A model generated the notes under the pieces. That model worked only from the letters and a program-made list of their open reading frames with translations. It searched no databases and was not told where the DNA came from. A stretch of DNA of 64,000 nucleotides. Origin: Scyliorhinus canicula (taxonomy: Eukaryota). The first letter of the stretch is position 1. Each line of letters begins with the position of its first letter. Positions 38,559 through 48,903 of this stretch are shown in pieces. The stretch is taken from positions 35,145,202-35,209,201 of the forward strand of contig NC_052160.1 of NCBI RefSeq assembly GCF_902713615.1, read 5' to 3'. Made by a program: the position numbers and the translations under genes.

Positions 38559-41118
38559 ATGCGTCTTACGGTTTTTGAGATAGAAAATGAAATGTTACGA
38601 GTATTTCGTGTACAACCGAGTGGAGCACAGAACAGGAAAAAAAAGAGGGCCAGAGTCGAAGAAGAGTCCCATCAAAGAGGGGCATTAGATGCATGGATAA
38701 AAAGAAGTAAAGAAGAAGTAGGAGAACCTGGAGAAGTAAAAGATGATGTGGGTGCAGAGAAGGATTTTTCTGATACGGATTCAGCTCGGTCAGAACATAA
38801 TACTCTCTCTCCTCAGTCTCGTTGTCAGGATGATGATCCATGTGAAGAAAATAAAGAAGATATTTGCATATTTTTGCAAAGAAGCGATTTTGGCTGTTTG
38901 AAGAAACCGATTCCAGATCATTTGAAGATGACAATATTACAACATGGCCCTGAAAGATATCAGAATAAAAGTGGTCCATTTGCTGAGAAGGATGGGAGAT
39001 CATTTTCCAAACAGTGGTTTGATAAAGTTTCCACAAACGGAGAAATTGTGGAGAGAAAATGGTTGTTATACTCTCCATATCGGAAAGCATGCTACTGTTT
39101 TGTTTGCTTTTTGTTTTCAAAGGAGCATTTGTTGTCTGTGTCAAACTTTGGAAAGGAAGACGGTTTCTCCACTTGGAGAAAATTAAATCCAACAATACCT
39201 GACCATGAGAAAAGCCCTTCTCATAGAGCTCACATGAGGGAATACCTGAACCTTGTAGTTCGACTCCATCATTCAACTACGATAGATGCTGAACTTCAAC
39301 AGCAAATGTCTGCTGAAAAGAAAAGATGGAAAGCTATAACTGAACGGATTGTCGAGGTTATATCCTTTCTGGCAAAACAGAATCTGGCCTATCGTGGACA
39401 TCGAGGAGAAGGAATATCTGGGTTATCAGAGCCAGGGGAGACAGTCAGTGAAAATACAGGAAACTTTCTAGCAACAATCAGACTTTTGGCCAAATATGAT
39501 GACATCTTAGCAAAACACTTGCAAAGAGGGAAAGAGAAACCAAAAAGTGTCACCTACTTGTCCAACAGAATTCAAAACGAAATAATCAATCTTCTTGGTG
39601 AAACTGTCAAGAAAAATATAATTTCCGAAATTAAGGACGCAAATTATTTTAGCATAATGCTGGATTCAACTCCAGATATTGCCCATGAAGATCAGGTTTC
39701 TGAAATTCTGCGTTACGTTCATATTGATGAAAACAGAAAAGTAGAAATAAAGGAGACATTTCTGGGATTTTTTCAAGTCAACAAGAAAGATGCAGTCAGC
39801 CTGGTAAATAAAATTCAGGAAAAATTGGAAGAAGACAAAATTTCCATGAATGACTGTCGTGGTCAAGCATATGATAACGCAGCAGTTATGGCTGGAGTGA
39901 GAGGAGGTGTTCAACAAAAAATTCTTGAAGTTAACCCAAAAGCTGTGCTTGTGAACTGCGAGAACCACAGCCTCAATTTGTCCTGTGTCCATGCAAGCGA
40001 GGTGCAACCTGTTGTTGTTACATTTTTTGGCATTCTAGAAAAACTCTACTTTTTTTTCTTCATCTACTTCTCGTTGGGAAGTGTTAAAATAATTTGTCAC
40101 TCGGACTGTGAAATTGACAGTGTGACACAAGATGGAGTTCCAGCCATGATGCTGTGCAAGTAATCCACAAAGAGTGTGACAACGTTATTGCAAGCCTTCA
40201 ACACCTGCTGGAAGGAGAATTTTCAAGGAAAACTAAATCTGATGCAGGATCGCTACTGAACTCTATTCAACAGTTCCCGTTTATAGCTTTATTAAATTTT
40301 TGGTACTCAGTTTTATCATCAGTGGATAAAGTCTCAAAACGTTTGCAGGATCCGAAAATGGGGTTCCATGAAGCTTCTTGTGATCTGAGAGGACTTATTC
40401 ATATCTTGAATTTGAAGAATGACGAAATTATCCACAATGCAATAGATTTAGCCAATGAATATTGTCAAAATTGGGGAATACCAATTGCACGAACAAGGAG
40501 AAGAAGAATAATGCCTGGAGAGTCAGCAAGAGATAGTGGACTGACGGCAGAAGAAGAAATGAATAGAGTAATGGTAGAGATTGTGAACAGATTAAAACTG
40601 AAATTGAAGACCGCAGTGTCCGTCTTCAAAGACTCAGTGACCGATTTTCTTTTCTTCTGAACTTGAATTCAGGAGTGATTGAAGATGAACAAGAAAGAGA
40701 GAAATTAAAAAAGGAATGTTCAGACTTTGCAAATTATTATGACAATGATGTGGTTGCAATTCAGTTATATGACAAAATTATTGATTTTGTGATGCTCCTT
40801 CGAGCTGGAGGGAATAGAGTTCCCCCTGATCCTAAAGATGCTCTGGAGTCTTTACTGCAGTATGGGAGGGATGTCTTTCCGACGCTGTGTGTTTCATACA
40901 GATTACTGCTTACAATCGCATTTTCAGTCGCAAGCTGTGAAAGGTCATTTTCAAAACTGAAATTAATAAAAACATATCTGAGGTCTTCTATGTCACAGGA
41001 GCGACTGACCAACCTGGCTTTAATAAGCATTGAAAAAGAATTTCTCACAGCTGATGTAAAAAGTGAAGTAGTTCAGGTGTTTTGTGACAGGAGGTATCAT
41101 TTGGGGAAAAGAACTTAA
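38559..41118 (+). pseudogene. hAT transposase (TTF-type Zn finger, DUF4371-like region, DDE core, C-terminal dimerisation domain), disrupted
   Basis: PSGAQNRKKKR, WLLYS..ACYCFVC..HEKSPSH, YFSIMLDSTPD, GQAYDNAA, CENHSLNL, CDTRWSS (shifted frame) and SVASCERSFSKLKLIKTYLRSSMSQERL. Frameshifts at ~40050, ~40114 and ~40595, and a TAA at ~40090. AATAAA at 41117 and 41147. Confidence 0.95.
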
Positions 41119-41828
41119 TAAATTTGATTGATTTATATTAAAATCGAATAAAGTGTTTATTTCATGTTTCATCTGTGTTTATATATTCAAAATGTTTTCC
41201 TTTCTCATAATATTTCTCAGTATATTAGGTCTTATACTTGAGTCTTTGGGGCATACAATCAAGATTTGCCCCGGGCATCACCAGACCTCTGCACGCCACT
41301 GGATGCAGCATGGCCAATAGAAGTTGGGAGACCCCGTTCCCGAGATCTACCTGGCTAGGAACAACTCACAAGATCTAAACGCGATCTCGCCATTCAGTAC
41401 TGGTCTCCACAAACGAGGACCAGATGGCAAGGCACACGTAGGTGATCGGAGGCCCCCAGGTGCATGCCCTTTGGTCAGGGTGCTACCCTGACACTGCTGG
41501 TACCACGCTGGAAGTGCCAGCCTGGCACGCAAGCAGTGCCACCTGGATGCCAGCCACAAGGTGCCCAGGTGGCATTGCCAGTTGGCAGGGGTACTGCCAA
41601 GTTGGCACTGCCAAGCAGTTTCTTGGCAGTGCAAGCACCGGGAAACAGGCGGCTACAGTTGCTCACTATGGGACCTTGTTAACATTTTGTTAAATCGTGC
41701 CCTTATGTCTCCCAAATGGAGAATTTCGCCTCAGGCGTGTTCATTTTACTTTTCGTTAAAAATATGTACCAAATGTACCCAATATGCCAGCTGCCAATCT
41801 AGAATTAGGGGTTATTGTTTAAAATTAA

Positions 41829-42032
41829 GGGGAGGGATTTTCTGGTGCACCAGCCGCATGTTTCTTGGCGGCGCACCATTTACTGATGGTGGAATTCTCT
41901 ACTCCCGCCGTTGTCAGTGTGATTTCCCATTGTAATCGCCTCATGCCACTGGGAAACCCATGGGCGAGGGTGGGGGGGTGGGGAGCTGTGCCGGCGGGAA
42001 AAGGGAATTGCAACAACCAGAAAATTCCGGCC
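41829..42032. mobile_element. Family A MITE
   Basis: GGGAGGGATTTTCT / AGAAAATTCCGGCC termini. Colinear with the 19978 copy. Confidence 0.82.
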
Positions 42033-42034
42033 TA

Positions 42035-42325
42035 GAAGTCACTCATTTGAGACAGAGGTGAGAAATGTTTTGAAGTCGCTCATTTAAGACAGGGGTGAGA
42101 AATGTGCTCTCTCAGAGGGCTGAGAGTCTCTGGAACTCTCTTCCTCAAAAGACAGTGGAAGCAGAACCTGTGAATATTATCATGGCAGAGCTAGATGGAT
42201 TCTAGATTAACAAGGGGGCGGTGAAAGAGGTTACAAATGGATCAGACATGATCTTGTTGAATGACGGTGCAGGTTCAAGGGCTGAGTGGCCCACTCCTGT
42301 TCCTAATCCATTTGTTCGTATGTGA
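42035..42325 (+). mobile_element. CR1 3' fragment with a short tandem duplication
   Basis: GAAGTCRCTCATTTRAGACAGRGGTGAGAAATGT occurs twice, followed by CTCTGGAACTCTCTTCC and a CR1 3' UTR. Confidence 0.82.
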
Positions 42326-42872
42326 TGTGATCTTGAGGCACACAGTTTGATGATCTGCTCACAGTGGCCCTTAAATTCCATGACCTTTCTATTGCCATTA
42401 CTGCAGCAGGAAAGTTAGATTCTCAGAGAAATGTCCAAACTGGAAAATCTTCAGTAACAGCAGAAAAGCAAATTATGGGTCTGGAGCTCAATCCCTTGGC
42501 CACTGTCTTCAAAAACATTCGTATCATGGACCGAGCAGTACAAAATTATACACGCAAGTGAAATATGGCCTGTTTGGATTGGGAATTTCTCTGCGACACA
42601 GCTATCACAGAAGACTATACATTTCATAAAATTCCTCAATACATTTTAATAGTCTGTAAATATGTTTTGAGAATATGTCAAAGAGTTTTTCTAACACCTC
42701 ACCATTTTCACAGTATCACAGATGTTGATGTCAATGTTACATTAATTAGTTTATTAGTAATATAAAGCAAAATTGCAGGAGCATATTTTCATAAAAGGGA
42801 AATTTGCATGGATCTGATGTGTTTGTTTGTGTTTGTACAAGCGAACTGATAGATTTGAACAGCTTTGCACAT

Positions 42873-43102
42873 TGTAATACCTTGTAAGACTGACAATCAC
42901 CAAGTAGATTAATGAATAAACAGTTTATTATGGCAAATAACTATTTACAGGGTGAAATAAAAGCTACCGTGCTCCACAACCCCAAACTCCTAACAGTGAA
43001 ACCCGCACTCGGCTCCAGGATTTGGACACTCCAGACCTATTGGCCCTATGGGTCACATGACCCTCTGAGATCTCACCCCCTTAAAGTGGCAACGCCACCA
43101 CA
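42873..43102. mobile_element. Short solo LTR (230 bp)
   Basis: TGTAATA...CCACCACA with exact CACAT TSD (42868-42872, 43103-43107). Confidence 0.85.
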
Positions 43103-43504
43103 CACATGAAAATATATTATGATATTGGGATGGCTTTACTGAGGGGGTGATTCCATGTCCATTGGGAAACCGATTCAGTCAGTTGAGCTGCCCATTTGGC
43201 ATTGCCTGTTCTTGCACTCCATTGACTTTAATTAAGTGCCCAACAGGCAGAGTTTACAACAAACATCCACTCTGATTGGCTCAGTTTCCCATTTGGTAGT
43301 TAAGTAAAAACTCCCCCCTCCACCTTTTATTAACATAAATATTTACAACTATTATATGTTGCACATCACAATACAACCTGATCTCCATACTCCTCATACT
43401 CGTGCTCCTTGTATCGAAGAGAGGCCAAGTGATAATTTCTATCCAAGGCTTTGATAAAGGTTCACAGCCCATGATCACAACTCTTAAGGAAGTCCAGAGT
43501 TAAT

Positions 43505-43892
43505 AAGTGGGATTCTCTGGTCGCCAACGCCGAAATCGCATTTGGCGATCTGCCGGAGAATGGGCACTTGGGACTTTGGCAGGGGTTGGGGGCACTGTTG
43601 GGGGGGTGGTCCGGGGTTTGCGAGCCGGTCAAATGGGAGGCACTATTTTGCAGGCCGGGTCCCCGCGCGGCTGCCGCCATGTTGCACTGCAGACCCCCAC
43701 ATGCACGACCACAGACCCAGCAATTCTCCGGGCCGTATCGGAAGCTAGAGCCGGGTGCTCCACGCAGCTCGGCTGCGAGCCCCCAGTCAAACGGAGGATC
43801 GGTAGCTGTTTTGCCCTGAATGTTCAGTCATAAAACGCCACCGTTCCCACGCCGGCATCAGGACATAGCCTCAAAATCAGAGAATCCAGCCC
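43505..43892. mobile_element. CpG-rich Harbinger-like MITE
   Basis: GGATTCTCT / AGAGAATCCAGCCC termini with AAT on both flanks. Confidence 0.8.
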
Positions 43893-44473
43893 AATTTCTG
43901 TGAATAATTCTATATTATTCATTGCCCAACATGAATATTCCCAAAGACAATTGTCAAGCCATGGTGTTCCTATGTCACAACAATAGTCCAAAGTCATATT
44001 AAAAGGTCCCCGATTTGCTGAATGTTTTATTTATTCCAGATACATTTCTAAACAGCAACAAACACAATTGGATACACTGTTTGCACTCACTGTCATTTAC
44101 TTGCCTTGAATTGGAGGCTATCATTCAGCAAGCTGGTGCATTTTATGACAACCATTTATCCTTTGGTGAGCATATTATAATTCAAAATTCTATGGGGCAT
44201 CCTGCCTACTGATGACCGGAATGATACCTACTACCAGCTATAAATAAAAAGTCATAGCAAACTCAAAATATTTAACAATTTTGTGGTTTTCATGGGCACA
44301 TCATGGATTGAGTTCTGGGCAATGATCTCATCCTATTATTCAGACAGTGATTGTACTGGGACTGTGATTCATCCTGTTTATAGATGGTAACACTTGAACA
44401 TTTTGGCTTTTCGCCTTTACTGAAGGGTTGTGCATGTTTGAAAGATGGGAATTACAGCCTTGGAGTCTTTTAA

Positions 44474-44792
44474 GTGCAGAAATCCTCCATGCTACCCGCA
44501 AAGTCAGGCTTGAGGAAATAAATCTGGGGTGAAGCATTCTGAACTTGGTCGATTAATGGGTTGGATTGACAGCTGGAGCAGATTTTGCTGAGATGCTCTA
44601 ACTGAGCATTAACACCCTACATTCAAGTTCTCCAGTCAGTCAGGGAGGGTGGGTCAGATATTATGCTGACTCTTTCAAAGAAAGGATTTCCAAAGAAAGG
44701 GTAACTGGCATGATTTACAATGGTTCACCTGCACCATTGACTCTTGAGGTTGCGGCAACCACAGGAATGGAGAAGAAACGTGGGAGGGATTA

Positions 44793-44825
<33 letters not shown>

Positions 44826-46564
44826 CCCTGCTCCGACCACTACTCTCTCCCTCTCTTACCTGGAGGTCCTGCTGTGGGTTTCGAGGGCCTGCAGTGAGGT
44901 GGGATCTCCCAGAACAAGAGGAAGAGTCAGTCTCTCCAACCAGGCAGATGGGCAGGGATATGGCTGAGATGCGCAGCAGCAGAAATGTGGCCCTTTGCAC
45001 CCTAAAGACCATGCGCCAAGAAGATCCAAGATCCCAGGGCAGTATGAGGTGAGTGGCATATCACTTTCTGATGCCGGATTCGGACTCTCCGTCACAGCAT
45101 TTTCCTGCACACCTCAGGCCAACACACACTGCAGTTCCACTTACCCCTCGCCCTGCTGGCACACCTGCACTTGAAAAGTTGACAATTACCTCACGCTCAT
45201 CCTTTTTCCCTCTCACACAATGCCTCACAATTGTGATGTTCTTTGTTTGTTTAAATTAATATTAGCAAGGTTGTCGTGTTGCCACAAAGAACATGCAGAC
45301 TTTGTACTAAATCAAAGTCAATTTATTTACGCTACGCTAAAAATTGTGAATTCTTAAGTATGCCGAAAAAGCATACACAGAAAGAATACACAGAACTACT
45401 GAAAAACACGACTGTCTCCAACCCTCTCTCCTAACTCACCCCAAGAGTACGTGGACCACCGTGTGGGTTGTGAGCTGTGCTCTTACTCCATCTAGTGACT
45501 GGATGCTGTAATTACACACTGTTCTACATGATCATTCATATATACAAAGATGATATGATAGATATCATTACAACAATCTCCCTCCACAATGTTGGCCTTC
45601 CCTGTGTTACCTATACAAATCCACTGCTAGCACTCATAACGCTATGCTTTCTCTTCTGGCAGGAGAAGAGTGAGCATAAAACTTAAGGGAGAGGTAAAGA
45701 CTAGGTGTGGGAGGCATGTGGGAGGGAGGAGATGGCAGTGATGAGGGGCATGATAGGGTGGTTCTCCAGTGATGGGCATCTTCATGGCCACCTGCAATGG
45801 ATCCCACCTGGTCCACTGGGAAGGTCTTGTTCCAGCGAGTCCGACCAGGGAAATTTGAATCCTCAAAGGCACTGGAGCCATTCATGTTGGACGTCTCCCT
45901 TGCTTGGAACTGGATCTCGATGCCAATCCCCTCAACCCAGTGAGACAGGTGACTGAGGAAGAAGTATCTAGTGCTAGTCCTGCGGTTAATGATGCTGCTC
46001 AACTTGCTCTTCATGAGAAGTGCAAGGTGGATCTGCACAAGCTGCTCCCACGCCTGGCAACAGGGAAGTTCAGCTGACGGTGAGTGTAATGCAAAAGAGG
46101 GTGACACTCACAACTACCTTCAAGAACTGAGAGCGCACAGTGAGAAGGAATGCTGGAAAAGCTGCCTATTACCCGGCCATGGCTGCAGTTCTTCAGTTTC
46201 ACTGATTAAAGACTTCCCAACCTGTCAGTTTTATTGAAGAAGCTCTTCCCGCAGTATGTGGCTTGATGACCATAGCAGGTTCCACATAGCTTGCTATTGA
46301 AGTCAGAATCCATGGCTAAAAAACAATGAGCTCTCTGAATATTTAAATGACTTGCTTGACAGCTGCACCGGGTGATGTCGTATTTCCAGCCCAATGTCAC
46401 TTTTTGGGGATTTAGTACACTGGTTGCATCCAAATCTAACTCTCTTTGCATGAGAAAACTGCTCACCAGTGCCTCTTCCCCAGCCTGTGCAACACAAGTT
46501 TTGCAATCTTGTGCTTTCCAAGCAAAATATATTTCAGACTTCCAAACAATGAGAATTTCTGCAG
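44474..46564 (+). mobile_element. Decayed Harbinger-like element with a two-exon Myb/SANT remnant
   Basis: Termini GTGCAGAAATCCTCC / TGAGAATTTCTGCAG (12/15), no clean TSD. Exon 1 LEVLL...DMAEMRSSRNVALCT ends at GTGAGT (45049); acceptor CTTTCTCTTCTGGCAG precedes EKSEH (45663). Confidence 0.6.
45232..45572. mobile_element. Short solo LTR (341 bp) inside the Myb/SANT intron
   Basis: TGTGATG...CATTACA with exact ACAAT TSD (45227-45231, 45573-45577). Confidence 0.87.
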
Positions 46565-47049
46565 AATCACTGGGCTTAATGAGCATCTAGTGATTGAAAG
46601 CCACAAATTGTGGAACACATTCCAATAAGACACAACAGCCTCCATTGCAATAAGGAAGTGGGAAATGTGGGATTGGGGGTGATATGCAGGTGAGTACACA
46701 GCATGTCCCAGAAATGCCAAAGATTTGGTGCAGCTATAGCGTACATCCAGAGAAAATCAGGGCAAGACACTATAAAAGCCACAACATTTGATTTATACTG
46801 CGCAGGTTTAACATTGGTGCAGAGCCAAGAATGGTTTACATTGATGCTAAATTTACAAAAGGACCCATTGCAAGTTATATTATTGAACCTGCTGTAGTGC
46901 TAAAAGGCATAAAGCCTCCAATGAGCCCACACCACAGCTTAAAGTGAAATGCAATCGTATACATTTTTGAAATCTGAATATTTTAGAGAGGAAAAAAGAA
47001 AAGCTGATAATACAAAACTGGTTTATTCACACCTGAAAAGATTCGAAAG

Positions 47050-48472
47050 GTTCAAGTATAAAGTGGATAAATACGAGGTTATCCGCTTTGGTAGCAAAAA
47101 TAAGAAGGCAGATTATGATTTGAATGGGTCTAAATTGAGAGAGGTGGACACTCAGCAAGACCTTCATGTCCTCGTGCATCAGTCCCTGAAAGTAAGCATG
47201 CAGGTACAGCAAGCAGTAAAGAAGGCAAAAGCGTGTCATGGGAGTGTCTCTTTAATAAATTTTTTTGTCTTATCATATGGCTTCAGTAATGAGTTTGTGT
47301 GGTTGGAGCTGGGCTGTGGCTCTGCGAGTTGGTTTTACTTTTGCTTTGAGTTTGAACTGGTTTTTGTTCTGCACAGGTTGAAGAAGGTTCTGTTTTCTCT
47401 AAGCTGTTTCCAGACTGCTTGATAACTTGTTTTCTGAAAGAAATTCAAACCAGCTGTTTTGGAAAGGAAACAAGAGCATCCATACCAGGTTATGAGTGCT
47501 GTGTGCTGGGCCACACCTTTGAAAAAAGTTTTCTGGTTTATGGGATCTTGTTATTAAATTGGAGCAGCTAAGGGGGGGGGGGGGGGGGGGGATTATTAAG
47601 GGTTATACATAGAGTCCTGTATCTGTGTGGGGTATTTATGTTGGTAATTGATAAAAAATCGTTACTGTGCGTGTTTATTAAAATGTTAACTAAATTCGTA
47701 AAATAAACTTTGTTTTTGATTAAAAGTGCTTAAGGCCTCTGTTCAATAACACTTGAAAAGCAGGCCCTTGTGCTCTTTGTAACCAAAATCGATTAACAGT
47801 TGTAGATCAGGTGAACTCCTCGATATACTTTGGAGTTTTCTAAACCCTGGCCCATAACATGTGTTCGCCTTCATAGCGAGAGGATTCGAGTTTAGGAATA
47901 GGAATACTTTACTGCAATTGTGTAGGATATCGGTGAGGCCACACCTGGAGTACTGTGTACAATTTGGTGGCCTTATTTGAGGAAGGATGTTCTCTGAGGG
48001 AGTGCAGCGAAGGTTTACCAGGCAGATTTCTAGGTTGGAAGGACTATCATATGAAGAGAGACTAAGTCAGTTAGTATTATATTCTTTGGAGGTTAGAAGA
48101 GTGAGAGACGATCTCATAGAAACTTGCAAAATTAAAACAGGGTTAGACTGGGTCGAATCATGTTCCCGATGGAGGAGGAGTTCAAATCAGGAGTCACATT
48201 TTGAGGATAAGGGGTAAACGTTTTAGGACTGAGGTGAAAAGAAATTTCTTCATCCAGAGTGGTGAATCTGTGGAATTCGCTACCACAGAAAGCAGTTCAG
48301 GCCAAAACATTGTATAATTTAGAGAAGGAATTTGATACAGCTCTTAGGGCTAAAGGGATCAAGAGATACGGGGGGAAGGCGGGATCAAGGTATTGAACTT
48401 GAATATCAGCCATGATCATAAGGAATGGCTCGAAGGGCCAAATGGCCTCCTCCTGCTTCTATTTGTGATGTT
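47050..48472 (+). mobile_element. CR1 LINE 3' part interrupted by a solo LTR
   Basis: VDKYEVIRFG...QVQQAVKKAK [LTR] FAFIARG...RPHLEYCVQF...EGVQRRFTR...LSYEERL, then a CR1 3' UTR. Confidence 0.93.
47234..47859 (+). mobile_element. Solo LTR (~620-bp family, divergent member)
   Basis: TGTCATGGG...CCCATAACA termini and the shared 3' block CAGGTGAACTCC..GATATACTTTGGAGTT..CTAAACCCTGGCCCATAACA. Confidence 0.9.
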
Positions 48473-48689
48473 TCCATGGCTCTAGAACCCCATCAGAAAC
48501 CCATCAAAATTGAACGGTCTCACTCTTTTCAGGTGCTGAGAGGTTTGCTCTGAGTCCAACAGAATGGCCTGGATATTAGGGACGGTGGGAAATGACTGGT
48601 GCTTATTGTTCACTTTCTGACAGTTGCCCACAACATGTTTGTGGGTTTGAGAGTGTAAGTCTTGAACATATCCAGCGCCTGATCCAGTG

Positions 48690-48860
48690 CAGCGCCCTGT
48701 ACAGGGGATCAGTGGTGTGTACGTGCAGGGCAAGAAATAGGGTTTCCCGCCCCACCCGCCACAAGAACACCATGGGCGAGCCGCATACAATGGAGAACTC
48801 CAATGACCTCTGGCGGGATTCTCCCAGTCGCCGGGCGAACCTGGCTGGAGAATGACGCTC
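48690..48860. mobile_element. Family A-related MITE remnant
   Basis: Central CAATGGAGAACTCCAATG, internal GGCGGGATTCTCC and right end GGAGAATGACGCTC. Confidence 0.55.
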
Positions 48861-48903
48861 TCTAGTGAGGCTTGTAAGCAAATCAGCGTTCGCACTGTAT
48901 ACA

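Larger units (their letters stand above)
37578..41301 (+). mobile_element. Full-length hAT DNA transposon (Tip100/ZMYM1-like group)
   Basis: Perfect 16-bp TIR CAGTGGCGTGCAGAGG and perfect 8-bp TSD GATGCAGC (37570-37577, 41302-41309), with an internal transposase. Confidence 0.97.
37524..41702. mobile_element. Family D Harbinger MITE, split by the hAT element
   Basis: Exact TTA TSD (37521-37523, 41703-41705) and TIRs matching 10/14. The rejoined halves match 22625-23107. Confidence 0.82.
35788..41731 (-). mobile_element. Decayed Harbinger element with a Myb/SANT remnant; outer shell of a four-level nest
   Basis: TIRs GGTCTAAATTCTCC / GGAGAATTTCGCCT (11/14). CAG (or TCA) is duplicated on both flanks. 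Confidence 0.78.

Noticed and set aside
38566-39276. 236-aa ORF antisense to the transposase
   Set aside because: Shadow ORF with no independent features.
38559-41118. Possible domesticated ZMYM1-like host gene
   Set aside because: It is bounded by perfect TIRs and a TSD, nested in other TEs, and disrupted, so it is a transposon copy.
46206-46900. Possible Harbinger nuclease remnant
   Set aside because: I could not find the expected DDE motifs in any frame.
46949-47422. 157-aa plus-strand ORF
   Set aside because: Chimera of flank, CR1 RT fragment and LTR sequence.
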